DNA from: Candidatus Latescibacterota bacterium
GTDB lineage: Bacteria; Latescibacterota; UBA2968; UBA8231
Reading direction: 5' to 3'
Length of the DNA stretch: 64,000 nt
Assembly (NCBI GenBank): GCA_964291625.2
Contig: OZ220089.1
Span: 2,016,001 to 2,080,000, forward strand
The translations under genes and the position numbers were made by a program. Positions 31,868 through 41,983 of the stretch are shown one piece after another. The notes below the pieces were generated by a model. The model was not told the origin of the DNA. It was given only the letters and a program-made list of their open reading frames with translations, and ran no database searches. Position 1 is the stretch's first letter, and each line of letters starts with the position of its first letter.

Positions 31868-34180
31868 ATGGCTGACGGCAACGGCAAGATCCGCGATTTC
31901 GGCGACCGGCAGTACAACGTGATCGGCACGCGTCCGATCCGCCACGACGGCACCGACAAGGTCACGGGCCGGGCCGTCTACGGCGGCGACGTGCGCCTTC
32001 CGGGACTGCTCTACGGGCAGGTGCTGCGCTCGCCCCACGCCCACGCCCGCATCCGCTCCATCGACACGACCGAGGCGTCGCGGGTGCCCGGTGTGCGCGC
32101 CGTCGTCACCGGCGCCGACCTGCCGGCCCCGGCCTCGGCCGACGAGATCGTCGACCTCGGCGAGGGGCCGGCGCGCATCAAGCACATGCGCGACAACGTG
32201 CTCGCTACCGACAAGGCGCTCTACCGCGGCCATGCCGTGGCGGGCGTGGCGGCCACCACCCTGCACGCCGCCGAGGAAGCCCTGGCCCTGATCGAGGTCG
32301 ACTACGAGGTGCTGCCGGCGGCGGTGGACGTCCTCGACGCCATGGGCGAGAACGCGCCCATGCTGCACGAGGACATGACGACCCAGGAGTTCGGCGAGGA
32401 CACGGGCCGCGGCAGCAACATCGCCTCCCACATGCGCCACGAGCTCGGCGACCTGGCCAGAGGTTTCGAGGAGGCCGCCGTCACCGCCGAGGCCGAGGTC
32501 CACACGGCGACCGTGCACCAGGGCTACATCGAGCCCCACAACGGCACCGCCACCTGGAGCCCGGACGGACAGCTCACCGTCTGGACCAGCACTCAGGGCG
32601 CCTTCACCGCCCAGAAGCAGATCGCCGCCATCCTCGGCCTGCCCGTCGGCAAGGTCCGCGTCGTGCCCCAGGAGATCGGCGGCGGCTTCGGCGGCAAGAT
32701 CCCCAGCTATCTCGAGCCCGTCGCCGCCCTGCTGTCGCGCGAGACCGGCCAGCCGGTGAAGATCATCATGACCCGCGCCGACTGCTTCGAGGGCACGGGG
32801 CCGACACCGGGGTCCTGCGTGCGCGTGAAGATCGGCGCCAACGCCTCGGGCAAGCTCACCGCCGGCGAGGCCTGGATCGCCTTCGAGGCCGGCGCCTACC
32901 CCGGCTCTCCGGTCTTCGCCGCCGCCATGTGCGTCTTTTCCTGCTACGACTTCCCCAACGCCGTGGTCGACAGCTTCGACGTGGTCGTCAACAAGCCGCG
33001 CTCCTTCGCCTACCGCGCCCCGGGCTCCACCCACGTGGCCTTCGCCGTGGAGAAGGCCATGGACGAACTCGCCGAGAAGCTCGGCAAGGACCCCGTCGAG
33101 TTCCGCCTCGACAACGTCGCCGTCGAGGGCACCCGCCGTTCCGACGGCATCGTCTATCCCCGCATCGGGGCCAGGGAGTGCCTGGAGGTCCTGCGCGACT
33201 CCGAGCACTACCGCTCCGCCCTCGAAGGGCCGAACCGGGGACGCGGCATCGCCCTCGGGTACTGGTTCAACGTGGGCCTGAAGTCGGCGGTCACGGCCAG
33301 CGTCAACAACGACGGCACGGTGCAGCTCGTCGAGGGATCGACCGACATCGGGGGCACGCGCACCTCGGTGGCCATGCAGTTCGCCGAGGCCCTCGGTCTC
33401 GAGGCGGAGGACATCAACCCGAGCGTGGGCGACACCAGCGCCATCGGCTACACCGACGTCACCGGCGGCAGCCGCGTCACCTACGCCACCGGCTGGGCCG
33501 CCTACGAGGCCGCCCAGGACGTGAAGGACCAGATGATCGAGCGCGCCGCCAAGGTCTGGGAGGTGGATCCCGCCCAGGTGGAGTTCTCCGACGGCGCCTT
33601 CCGCACCACCGACGGCAGCCAGTCAATGCACTTCCGCGAGCTCGCCGGCAAGATCGACGACACGGGCGGCCCAGTCGTCGGCAGCGGGTCGGTGGACCCG
33701 GAATCGGGGGTGGGCGGCTCCTTCGCCGCCAACATCGCCGACGTCGAGGTCGACCCGGAGACCGGCAAGGTGACGGTGCTGCGCTTCACCGTGATCCAGG
33801 ACGCCGGCAAGGCCATCCATCCCAGCTACGTGGAGGGCCAGATGCAGGGCGGCAGCGTGCAGGGGATCGGATGGGGGCTCAACGAGGAGTACTTCTACAC
33901 CGAGGACGGCCGGATGGCCAACTCCACCTTCCTCGACTACCGCATTCCCACAACCCTCGACCTGCCCATGATCGAGACGATCATCGTCGAGGTGCCCAAC
34001 CCGGGCCATCCCTACGGGGTCCGCGGCGTCGGCGAGGCTTCCATCGCCCCGCCGCCGGCGGCTCTGGCGGCGGCGATCAAGAGCGCCACCGGTTTGTCCC
34101 TCAACGAGTTGCCCATGCGCCCGGACCGGATCACCGCGGGGCTCGGATCCGGCGCCATCTCCATGGCGGCGGGCGACTGA
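31868..34180 (+). CDS. Xanthine dehydrogenase-family molybdopterin-binding large subunit
   Basis: RSPHAHA, GGGFGGK, AYRAPG, GGSR, VEGQMQGG, RGVGE. Confidence 0.93.
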   Translation: MADGNGKIRDFGDRQYNVIGTRPIRHDGTDKVTGRAVYGGDVRLPGLLYGQVLRSPHAHARIRSIDTTEASRVPGVRAVVTGADLPAPASADEIVDLGEGPARIKHMRDNVLATDKALYRGHAVAGVAATTLHAAEEALALIEVDYEVLPAAVDVLDAMGENAPMLHEDMTTQEFGEDTGRGSNIASHMRHELGDLARGFEEAAVTAEAEVHTATVHQGYIEPHNGTATWSPDGQLTVWTSTQGAFTAQKQIAAILGLPVGKVRVVPQEIGGGFGGKIPSYLEPVAALLSRETGQPVKIIMTRADCFEGTGPTPGSCVRVKIGANASGKLTAGEAWIAFEAGAYPGSPVFAAAMCVFSCYDFPNAVVDSFDVVVNKPRSFAYRAPGSTHVAFAVEKAMDELAEKLGKDPVEFRLDNVAVEGTRRSDGIVYPRIGARECLEVLRDSEHYRSALEGPNRGRGIALGYWFNVGLKSAVTASVNNDGTVQLVEGSTDIGGTRTSVAMQFAEALGLEAEDINPSVGDTSAIGYTDVTGGSRVTYATGWAAYEAAQDVKDQMIERAAKVWEVDPAQVEFSDGAFRTTDGSQSMHFRELAGKIDDTGGPVVGSGSVDPESGVGGSFAANIADVEVDPETGKVTVLRFTVIQDAGKAIHPSYVEGQMQGGSVQGIGWGLNEEYFYTEDGRMANSTFLDYRIPTTLDLPMIETIIVEVPNPGHPYGVRGVGEASIAPPPAALAAAIKSATGLSLNELPMRPDRITAGLGSGAISMAAGD

Positions 34181-34188
34181 GCCGATCC

Positions 34189-34476
34189 GTGCCGACCGTA
34201 TGGGTGCCCGCGCCCTGGCGCGACAAGCTCACGGGCGGGCGGCAGCAGGTCGAGGTGGCGGGTGAGACCGTCCGCCAGGTGATCGAATCCCTCGAGACGC
34301 AGTACCCCGGCTTCCGTCAGCGCATCGTCGACGAGGAGAAGGACCGGATCCGCCCGGACATCGCCGTCTCCGTCGATGGCGAGGTGTCGGCCGAGGGCAT
34401 GCGCCGGCAGGTGGGGGCGTCCAGCGAGGTCCACTTCCTGCCGGCCATCAGCGGGGGATCCCTCCGGCCTCGATGA
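34189..34476 (+). CDS. MoaD/ThiS-family sulfur carrier with a C-terminal extension
   Basis: Beta-grasp pattern ending VHFLPAISGG followed by SLRPR*; GTG start at 34189. Confidence 0.85.
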   Translation: MPTVWVPAPWRDKLTGGRQQVEVAGETVRQVIESLETQYPGFRQRIVDEEKDRIRPDIAVSVDGEVSAEGMRRQVGASSEVHFLPAISGGSLRPR

Positions 34477-35327
34477 CCCGCCGCGCCCCCGCGGCGCCGG
34501 CTCCGCATCCCCCTCCCGTGACCGTCTTCGACGACACCCACCACGAAGGCTTCCTCTCCCGGGGGTACCTGCGCCTCGGCAAGGTGGCGGCGCCGGAGGA
34601 GTTGGCCGGCCTTCAGCGCCGGATCGACGACCTCATGCTCGGGCGAGTCCGCTATCCCAACATGCGGATGCAGCTCTTCGAAACCGGTACCGGGAAGCTG
34701 CGGCGGACGCTGGGGAACGAGGCGGCGACCCTGTCGTACCGGCGCATCGACGACCTGGAGCAGGATCCCCTGTTCCTGGCCTACATGCAGCAGCCCTTGT
34801 TTCAACGGATCTGCCGACGCTGCGTCGGCGAGGTCGTCTCCGTCTTCCGGTCCATGTTCATGAACAAGCCGGCCCGGTGGGAGCAGACCCTGCCCTGGCA
34901 CCAGGACGTGGGGGCCGGCTGGGGGATCGACCGCAATCCCATCGTCACCGTGTGGACGGCCCTCGACGAGGCGACGGCGGCCAACGGCGCCATGGAGATC
35001 GTCCCCGGCAGCCATGCCCATGGGGTGATCAACGAACGCCACTTCCTGACACCGGAAGAGGAGACCCGCTACGCGCCCCCCGACAAGGTGGAGACTCTCG
35101 AGGCCGAGGCGGGGGAGGCGATCCTGCTGCACAACCTGATGCTGCACCGGTCGGGGACGAATCCGACGGACCGCCCCCGTCGCGCCTTCAGCTCCACCTA
35201 CATGGAGGCCGGCACCCGCACCCTCGACACGGGGATGACCTTTCCCGTCGTCTTCGGCCCCGGGGCCCTCGATCCCGCCACCGTGAGCGGCAAGAGGGCG
35301 GAGCTGGTGGAGAAGTTCTACGGCTGA
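34473..35327 (+). CDS. Phytanoyl-CoA dioxygenase (PhyH)-family Fe(II)/2OG oxygenase
   Basis: GYL, WHQD, WTALD.AT..NG, PGSH, LHRS..N. Confidence 0.88.
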   Translation: MTRRAPAAPAPHPPPVTVFDDTHHEGFLSRGYLRLGKVAAPEELAGLQRRIDDLMLGRVRYPNMRMQLFETGTGKLRRTLGNEAATLSYRRIDDLEQDPLFLAYMQQPLFQRICRRCVGEVVSVFRSMFMNKPARWEQTLPWHQDVGAGWGIDRNPIVTVWTALDEATAANGAMEIVPGSHAHGVINERHFLTPEEETRYAPPDKVETLEAEAGEAILLHNLMLHRSGTNPTDRPRRAFSSTYMEAGTRTLDTGMTFPVVFGPGALDPATVSGKRAELVEKFYG

Positions 35328-35773
35328 CCCGCGTCCGTCGACCCGAAGCCCCCGCCACCCCGTTCCGACGCGTCCAGCTCGTCCACCTCCTCCCAGGAGG
35401 CGCGGGTCACCGGCGCGATAACCAGCTGGGCGACCCGCTCTCCCGGCTCGATCCGCTGCGGCTCCGCCGACAGATTGACGAGGATCACCCCCACCTCCCC
35501 GCGGTAGTCCGCGTCGATCGTGCCCGGGGCGTTGAGGACGGTGAGACCGCGCTTCAGCGCCAGGCCGCTGCGGGGGCGCACCTGGCCCTCGTACCCGGGG
35601 GGGATCTGCAGCCGCAGGCCCGTCGGCACCAGGACCCGCTCTCCCGGGGCGAGGTCGATCCCCTCCGGCAGATGGGCGCGCAGGTCCATGCCGGCGCTGT
35701 GGGGCGTCTCGTACCGCGGCGGGCCGTGGCCGGAGTCGACAATCACGCGGATCCGAAGACCGCCGCCGCTCAT
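35318..35773 (-). CDS. dut: dUTP diphosphatase
   Basis: [37 protein letters not shown]. Confidence 0.96.
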   Translation of the reverse strand: MSGGGLRIRVIVDSGHGPPRYETPHSAGMDLRAHLPEGIDLAPGERVLVPTGLRLQIPPGYEGQVRPRSGLALKRGLTVLNAPGTIDADYRGEVGVILVNLSAEPQRIEPGERVAQLVIAPVTRASWEEVDELDASERGGGGFGSTDAGQP

Positions 35774-35852
35774 GAAGACACCCCGCGGCCAGCGCCTGCA
35801 GGGTGCGAGCCTCCAGGGGGGGCCGCGATGAGGCCGCCGCTGCCGCCACCGG

Positions 35853-36869
35853 CTAACAATTGAGCCGCTCTCCGTACTGACGGAGGTAGTAGGCCCTGTA
35901 GTCCTCCCGGTTGCGGATCTTTCGCCACCAGGACTCGTGATCGACGTACCACTGCACGGTGCGGTCCATCGCCTCCTCGACGCTGACCGCCGGGGACCAT
36001 CCCAGGCGCCGGATGCGGCTCGAGTCGAGGGCATAGCGCAGATCGTGGCCGGCCCGGTCTTCGACGAACTGCAGCAGCCCCTCCGGCTTGCCCAGCCTCC
36101 CGAGGATCGCCCGCGCCACCTCGATGCCGGTGGCCTCGTTCTCCCCGCCCACGTTGTACACCTGTCCGGGCTCTCCGAAATGGAGCACCCGGTCGATGGC
36201 CGCGCAGTGATCGTCCACGTAGAGGTGATCGCGCACCTGCAGCCCGTCGCCGTAGACCGGCAGGGGCAGGTCGTCGATGGCGTTGGTGATGAACAGCGGC
36301 ACCCGCTTCTCGGGGTACTGGTAGGGACCGATGGTGTTCGAGGCCCGCGTGACGAGGGTGGGCACGCCATGACTGACGTTGAAGGCGCGGACCAGCAGCT
36401 CGGCGCTGGCCTTGGTCGCCGAGTACGGGTTCCGCGGCTTCAGGGGCTCGTCCTCGTCCCAGGCTCCCTCGTCGATGCTGCCGTAGACCTCGTCGGTGCT
36501 GACCTGGTGATAGCGCTCGACGCCGTGGCGGCGAGCCGCGTCGAGGAGCACGTAGGTCCCGTGGACGTTGGTGCTCAGGAAATCGGCGCTGCCGAGGATG
36601 CTGCGGTCCACGTGACTCTCGGCGGCGAAGTTGACGACCCAGTCGGCCTCCGCCACGAGGGGGCCGACCCGTCCGGCGTCGCAGATGTCGCCGTGGACGA
36701 AGCGGTAGCGCGGGTCCTGCTCGATGTCGCTCAGGTTGGCCGGGTTCCCGGCGTAGGTCAGCTTGTCGAGGTTGACGACCTCGTAGTCGGGGTGCTCCCG
36801 CAGCACGTGGCGCACGAAGTTGGCCCCGATGAAGCCGCAGCCGCCCGTGATCAGCAGGGATCTGGCCAT
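35853..36869 (-). CDS. rfbB: dTDP-glucose 4,6-dehydratase
   Basis: [38 protein letters not shown]. Confidence 0.95.
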   Translation of the reverse strand: MARSLLITGGCGFIGANFVRHVLREHPDYEVVNLDKLTYAGNPANLSDIEQDPRYRFVHGDICDAGRVGPLVAEADWVVNFAAESHVDRSILGSADFLSTNVHGTYVLLDAARRHGVERYHQVSTDEVYGSIDEGAWDEDEPLKPRNPYSATKASAELLVRAFNVSHGVPTLVTRASNTIGPYQYPEKRVPLFITNAIDDLPLPVYGDGLQVRDHLYVDDHCAAIDRVLHFGEPGQVYNVGGENEATGIEVARAILGRLGKPEGLLQFVEDRAGHDLRYALDSSRIRRLGWSPAVSVEEAMDRTVQWYVDHESWWRKIRNREDYRAYYLRQYGERLNC

Positions 36870-36871
36870 CT

Positions 36872-38218
36872 TCAGCCCACCGGGTCCGGGCGCCCTGGGT
36901 CCTCGCCGGGACCGGGGCCCGGGCGGCCGACGCTGACGTAGTCGAAGCCGAGTCCGGCCATCTCCCGCGGATCGTAGAGGTTACGGCAGTCCAGCAGCCT
37001 CGGCGCCGCCAGACCCGCCCGGATGCGCGGCCAGTCGAGGTTGCGGAACTCGTTCCACTCCGTCATCAGCACCAGGGCATCGGCCCCCTCGGCGGCGGCG
37101 TAGGGATCGCCGCAACAGCCCAGGGCCGGGAGCACGGCCGCGGCGAGGTCCATGGCCGCGGGGTCGTAGGCCTGTACCGCGGCGCCCTCGCCAAGCAGGG
37201 TCTCGGCCATCTCCAGGGCCGGCGCTTCGCGGATGTCGTCGGTGTCGGGCTTGAAGGACAGCCCGAGCAGGCAGACGGTGCGGCCCTCGAAGCCCCCCAG
37301 CAGGCCTCGAAGCTTGTCGACCATCCGCTGGCGCTGGATCGAGTTGCTGCGGTCGATGGCCTGCAGCACCGGGGCTTCCACCTCCTTGTTGCGCGCCGTC
37401 GCCGCCAGGCCCTGCACGTCCTTCGGGAAGCAGCTGCCGCCGTAGCCGGCGCCGGCGCCGAGATTGCGGGGACCGATGCGATCGTCGAGGCCCATGCCGC
37501 GGGCCACGGCGGCCACGTCGGCATCGCAGGCCTCGCACAGGCTGGCGATCTCGTTGATGAAGGAGATCTTCGCCGCCAGCATCGCGTTGGAGGCGTACTT
37601 GATCATCTCCGCGCTCTGCAGGTCGGTGAGGACCATGGGCACGTCGCGCTCGTAGAGGGGCCGGTAGAGGTCGATGACGGCGTCCCTGGCGCGCCGGCTG
37701 GAGGCGCCGATGACGACCCGGTCGGGATGGAGGAAGTCGTCGATCGCCGAGCCCTCGCGCAGAAACTCGGGGTTGGAGACGACGTCCACGTCGGCATCCG
37801 GCCCTTCGGCGGTGATGATCGACCCAACCTCGCCGCCCGTGCCCACGGGGACCGTGGACTTGTTGACGACGATCTTGTAGTCCTCCGTGTAGCGCCCGAT
37901 GGAGCGCGCCGCCTCATGGACGTACGACATGTCCACCTCCCCCGCCGGCAGGGAGGGAGTGCCGACGCAGATGAAGACGATCTCGGAGGATTTGACGGCG
38001 AAGGCGACGTCGGCGGAAAACGACAGCCTCCCGCGGTCGCGGTTGCGCCCCACCAACTCCTCGAGTCCCGGCTCGTAGATCGGCAGGTGACCATCGCGCA
38101 GCCGGTCGACCCGTCTCTCGTCGATGTCGAGGCAGAGGACGGCGTTGCCGAGATCGGCCAGGCAGGCGCTCGTCACCAGGCCCACGTAGCCGCTGCCCAT
38201 GGTGCAGATTCGTCTCAC
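36872..38218 (-). CDS. ugd: UDP-glucose/GDP-mannose dehydrogenase
   Basis: GSGYVGL, KSTVPVGT, SNPEFLREG, GYGGSCFPKD, FKPDTDDIRE. Confidence 0.93.
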   Translation of the reverse strand: MRRICTMGSGYVGLVTSACLADLGNAVLCLDIDERRVDRLRDGHLPIYEPGLEELVGRNRDRGRLSFSADVAFAVKSSEIVFICVGTPSLPAGEVDMSYVHEAARSIGRYTEDYKIVVNKSTVPVGTGGEVGSIITAEGPDADVDVVSNPEFLREGSAIDDFLHPDRVVIGASSRRARDAVIDLYRPLYERDVPMVLTDLQSAEMIKYASNAMLAAKISFINEIASLCEACDADVAAVARGMGLDDRIGPRNLGAGAGYGGSCFPKDVQGLAATARNKEVEAPVLQAIDRSNSIQRQRMVDKLRGLLGGFEGRTVCLLGLSFKPDTDDIREAPALEMAETLLGEGAAVQAYDPAAMDLAAAVLPALGCCGDPYAAAEGADALVLMTEWNEFRNLDWPRIRAGLAAPRLLDCRNLYDPREMAGLGFDYVSVGRPGPGPGEDPGRPDPVG

Positions 38219-38242
38219 GAAAGGTTCCCCGGAAGGCCGATG

Positions 38243-39004
38243 TCAACCGAGATAGCGGACCCGGTTGCGCTCCAGGCGGACGGCGAGTTCCTCGATGTCG
38301 ACGCCCTTGAGGCGGGCCAGTTCCTCGGCCACCTCCCGCACCCTCCGCGGATGGCCGGCCACCCCCCCCACCGGCACCGGGGCGTCGGTCTCGAGCAGCA
38401 GCAGATCGTCGTCGATCTCGCAGGCCACCGCGGCGGCGGCCGGGTCCGAGATCACGGAGGGTCCCACCGAGATGAAGAGCCCCTCGTCGTTGCAGATGCG
38501 CACGAGCTTCTTGGAATGGGTGAACCAGTGCAGCTGGGCCTTCAGGCCCGTGTCCCGGTGGAACGCGGCGGCGGCCTCCATCACCTGCCGCGGACAGCGC
38601 CGCGAGTGCAGGTTCACCGGCTTGCGGTGGCGGTGGGCCAGCTCGAAGTGACGCTCCAGCGCCCGGGTCTGCTCGGCCTGCTGATCGGGGGCGACCGCCC
38701 ACTTGTGGTCCAGACCCGTCTCGCCGACGATGGCGGCTTCCCCCAGGCGGGCCGCGAGCAGCTCCAGGTCGGGCTCGATCCCCGCCAGACCGCGCCTGGT
38801 CACCTCCACCGGATGCACCCCCAGGCCCGGGATGACGCGGCCGGGGAAGCGGCCGGCCAGGTCGAGCACGGCCTCCATGGAGGCCGCGTCCTGGGCGACG
38901 GCGGCGAGGCGGTCGACGCCGGCCGCCGCCGCTGCCTCGAGCACGGGCTCCGGGGGGTCGAACTGGTCGAGGTGGCAGTGGCTGTCGGTGAGGGACAGGG
39001 CCAC
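38243..39004 (-). CDS. tatD: TatD-family metal-dependent hydrolase
   Basis: DSHCHL, GVHP, VGETGLD, LHSR, LETDAP. Confidence 0.88.
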   Translation of the reverse strand: MALSLTDSHCHLDQFDPPEPVLEAAAAAGVDRLAAVAQDAASMEAVLDLAGRFPGRVIPGLGVHPVEVTRRGLAGIEPDLELLAARLGEAAIVGETGLDHKWAVAPDQQAEQTRALERHFELAHRHRKPVNLHSRRCPRQVMEAAAAFHRDTGLKAQLHWFTHSKKLVRICNDEGLFISVGPSVISDPAAAAVACEIDDDLLLLETDAPVPVGGVAGHPRRVREVAEELARLKGVDIEELAVRLERNRVRYLG

Positions 39005-39008
39005 GGGG

Positions 39009-39983
39009 TCAGGCCGTCAGCCCGGTGGTCTCGTCCACGCCCAGCATCAGGTTCAGGCACTGCACGGCGTTGCCGGAAGCCCCCTTGCCGAGGTTGTCCT
39101 CCCTCCCCACCAGCACCAGTCCGACCTCCGGGCGGCCGAAGACGAACAGGTCGAGCCGGTTCGTGTGATTCGCGCCTCCGAGTTCGAGAAACCGCCCGCC
39201 GCGCAGATGGTCCGGCGACTCGGCGGGATCGACGGGCCGCACGAAAGGCTCCCCGGCATAGCGGCTCGCCCACACCTCGAAGACCTCTGCCGCCGTCGTA
39301 CCCCTCCGGCGCCAGGCCGCGGCCGGAACGGGCGTGCTGGTGAGCATGCCGCAGTAGCTGTGGTCGACGGAGGGCACGAACAGGGGAGGGTGCTGGCTGA
39401 GGCTGAAGCGCTGCATCTCCGCCAGGTGCTTGTGATCGCCCTCTAGCCCGTACAGGCACAGGGGAAACCCCGCCTCGCCGTCGGCGCCGGGGCGGTCTCG
39501 GTACTCCTCGATCATGCGCCGGCCGCCGCCGGAGTAGCCGGAGACGGCGTTGACGGTGAGGGGCGTGGCGGCGTCGAGGAGACCGGCCTCGATCAGGGGG
39601 CGCACGGCGAGGATGAAGCCCACGGGGTAGCATCCGCAGTTGGCCACCCGGGGCGCCGTGCGGATCGCCCGGCGCTGCTCCGGCGACAGCTCCGGGAGGC
39701 CGTAGACCCAGTCGGGGTCGACGCGCCGGACGGTGCTGGTATCGATGACGCGGGTGCCCGAGCCGGGAGCCAGCAGCGCCAGCGCCTCGGCGGCGGCGTC
39801 ATCCGGCAGGCACAGGATGGCGAGGTCGGCCTCGTCCAGAAGGCGGCGCCGCGCTCCCGGATCCTTGCGGTCCTCGTCGGCGATCAGGCGCAGGTCGAGA
39901 TCGGCGCGTCCTGCCAGCAGCTCGCGGATGCGCAGGCCCGTCGTACCTTCCTGACCGTCGATGTAGATCGCAGGGCGGCTCAC
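39009..39983 (-). CDS. argC: N-acetyl-gamma-glutamyl-phosphate reductase, uncommon (type 2) form
   Basis: IYIDGQEGTTGL, LCLPDDAA, YGLPEL, NCGCY, SGYSGGG, DNLGKGASG. Confidence 0.93.
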   Translation of the reverse strand: MSRPAIYIDGQEGTTGLRIRELLAGRADLDLRLIADEDRKDPGARRRLLDEADLAILCLPDDAAAEALALLAPGSGTRVIDTSTVRRVDPDWVYGLPELSPEQRRAIRTAPRVANCGCYPVGFILAVRPLIEAGLLDAATPLTVNAVSGYSGGGRRMIEEYRDRPGADGEAGFPLCLYGLEGDHKHLAEMQRFSLSQHPPLFVPSVDHSYCGMLTSTPVPAAAWRRRGTTAAEVFEVWASRYAGEPFVRPVDPAESPDHLRGGRFLELGGANHTNRLDLFVFGRPEVGLVLVGREDNLGKGASGNAVQCLNLMLGVDETTGLTA

Positions 39984-39996
39984 GGGGCGCTCCGCA

Positions 39997-40034
39997 AATG
40001 AATAATTATTCCAAAATAGATAATAAATACTAAC
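39997..40034. promoter_or_regulatory. ARG box(es), putative ArgR operator
   Basis: AATGAATAATTATTCCAA matches the TGAAT-wwww-ATTCA consensus just upstream of argC, with a weaker second AT-rich box beside it; the only strongly AT-rich patch in the window. Confidence 0.7.
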
Positions 40035-40036
40035 TC

Positions 40037-41041
40037 TTGAGCTCCCCGGAGTCAACCGACGACAGGCCGGGATGGAGCCGCCGCCGCAACCGCGGATGGG
40101 TCTACCCGGACGTCGTGGCCGCGGAGGCGGCCGGCTGGAAAGCGCTCGAGTTCTACGTGCGCCGCTATCCGCACTCCACCGAGGCGCAGTGGCGCCGGCG
40201 GTTTGAGGAGGGCAGGATCCGCGGCCCCGGCGGACCTCTCGGCCCCGAGGAGCGCCTGCGCTCCGGCCAGCGCCTGGAGTACCACCGGCCGCCCTGGACC
40301 GAGCCGCCCGCACCCCGACGCTTCGACGTGATCCGGGACGACGGCGACCTGCTCGCCGTGGCCAAGCCGCCGGGGCTGCAGGTCCTGCCGGCGGCGGAGT
40401 TCCTGGAGAACACCCTTCTGCACGCGGTCCGGGAAGGGTTGGGAGGACGTCCGGCGCCGGCCCACCGGCTGGGCCGCGGCACCTCCGGGATCGTGCTCTT
40501 CGCGCGCTCGGCGGAGGCTCGCCGGGGACTGGCGGCCGCCTTCGAGAACCGCCGCGTCCACAAGCTCTACCGCGCCCTCGTGCAGGGCCTCGACATGAAG
40601 GACCGGTTCGCGGTGGAGACACCCATCGGCCCCGTGGCCCATGCCCACCCCGGCCAGGTCTTCGCCGCCCGCCCCGACGGCCGCCCGGCCGTCTCCCACG
40701 TACGGGTGATCGAGCGCCGCCCCGCCGACGGCGCCACTCTCGTGGAGGTGGAGATCCCCACCGGACGGCCGCACCAGATCCGCATCCATCTGGCGGCGGC
40801 GGGGTTTCCGCTGGTGGGGGAACCGCTCTACATCGCGGGGGGGCGGCCTCGACAGCCGGCGGCCGGGCAGAAGCCGACGCGGCCCGGAGACATGGGCTAC
40901 CACCTGCACGCCATGCAGGTCAGCTGCGCCCACCCCGTCGAGCTTTCGCGGATCAGCCTGTACTGCCGGCCGCCGGAGGAGCTGCTGCCCGCCGGCGAAC
41001 GGTGGAGGCCGCCGGGTGCCTGCGCTCGCGGTCTCGGGTGA
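40037..41041 (+). CDS. RluA/RluD-family pseudouridine synthase homologue with a non-canonical catalytic motif
   Basis: S4-like N-terminus, KPPGL, HRLGRGTSG, KLYRALV, TGRPHQIRIH, LHA. Confidence 0.88.
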   Translation: MSSPESTDDRPGWSRRRNRGWVYPDVVAAEAAGWKALEFYVRRYPHSTEAQWRRRFEEGRIRGPGGPLGPEERLRSGQRLEYHRPPWTEPPAPRRFDVIRDDGDLLAVAKPPGLQVLPAAEFLENTLLHAVREGLGGRPAPAHRLGRGTSGIVLFARSAEARRGLAAAFENRRVHKLYRALVQGLDMKDRFAVETPIGPVAHAHPGQVFAARPDGRPAVSHVRVIERRPADGATLVEVEIPTGRPHQIRIHLAAAGFPLVGEPLYIAGGRPRQPAAGQKPTRPGDMGYHLHAMQVSCAHPVELSRISLYCRPPEELLPAGERWRPPGACARGLG

Positions 41042-41104
41042 ATCGTTCGGCGGTACAATCCCCGGACCGGCGCTCTCGTCGTACGCGAAGCTGCGCGCCA
41101 GTCC

Positions 41105-41983
41105 CTATCCCCAGCTCTCGCGCTTGATCCGCTTGTCCTCGATCCCCAGCCCGCCCAGGATGGCCATCATGTGCTCGACGAACTTCGGCTCCGGCTCCTC
41201 GCCGCGTTCCCGGGCTTCCTTCCGCTCCCAGGGCAGCACCCCGGGCCCGCAGCAGTAGACCATCGACTCTTCCGGATCGATGCGGCTCTCGATCAGCTCG
41301 AGGTCGATCCGCCCCCGCCGCGCCTGCGGCTCCACGCCCTCCGGATCCTCCCGGGTGATGCAGTGGAGGATCTCGAGGTGGTCGGGATGCCGCTCGGCGA
41401 GACGGGCGAAGTCGTCGTAGTAGATGATGTCTCCCTTCGTCTTGCTGCTGTAGAGCAGGACGTGGCGCAGACCGTCGCCGGCGTGCAGGGAGTGCTTGAT
41501 GAGGGCGAAGTTGGGGACGATCCCGGAGCCGGCGCAGATGTGGAGGATCCGGCGGGTGCCCTCTGCCGCCGCCGAGAGGGTGTACGGCCCGGTGAAGCCG
41601 CGGATCTCCAGCCTGGTGCCCGGGGGACACTGCCGGGCCAGCGGCGGGGACAGCACGGGGGGGTACTTCGACTCGCCCGGCCAGTAGGTCTCCTCCTTGA
41701 TCGTGATCAGGAGGTGCTTCTCGTGGGGGGCCGAGCCCATGGAGTAGGCCCTCGGCTTCTCCCGGGCGCTCTTGATCTCCTCCAGGTAGGCGATCGTCTG
41801 CTGGAGAAACCCGAACTGGTGGGGGTCGATGGTGATGAACTGTCCGGCCTCGTAGTCGCGCGGCTCGTCGCCGATGTCGAGGAACAGGCTCGCCGTGTCG
41901 TGGGTCTCCTGCCGGACCTCGGCGACGACGGCCTCCATCTCCCGCACCTTGCGCCGGGGCCTGCGCGGGGCCGAACCGGTCAA
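41105..41983 (-). CDS. FAD/NAD(P)H ferredoxin-reductase-type oxidoreductase (no Fe-S domain)
   Basis: GQF, RAYSMGS, GFTGPY, CAGSGIVP, YCCGP, terminal ESWG. Confidence 0.85.
   Translation of the reverse strand: MTGSAPRRPRRKVREMEAVVAEVRQETHDTASLFLDIGDEPRDYEAGQFITIDPHQFGFLQQTIAYLEEIKSAREKPRAYSMGSAPHEKHLLITIKEETYWPGESKYPPVLSPPLARQCPPGTRLEIRGFTGPYTLSAAAEGTRRILHICAGSGIVPNFALIKHSLHAGDGLRHVLLYSSKTKGDIIYYDDFARLAERHPDHLEILHCITREDPEGVEPQARRGRIDLELIESRIDPEESMVYCCGPGVLPWERKEARERGEEPEPKFVEHMMAILGGLGIEDKRIKRESWG

Noticed and set aside
31868-34180. Aerobic CO dehydrogenase (coxL) assignment
   Set aside because: The active-site loop is AYRAPG, not AYxCSFR or AYxGAGR, and no cox accessory genes are present.
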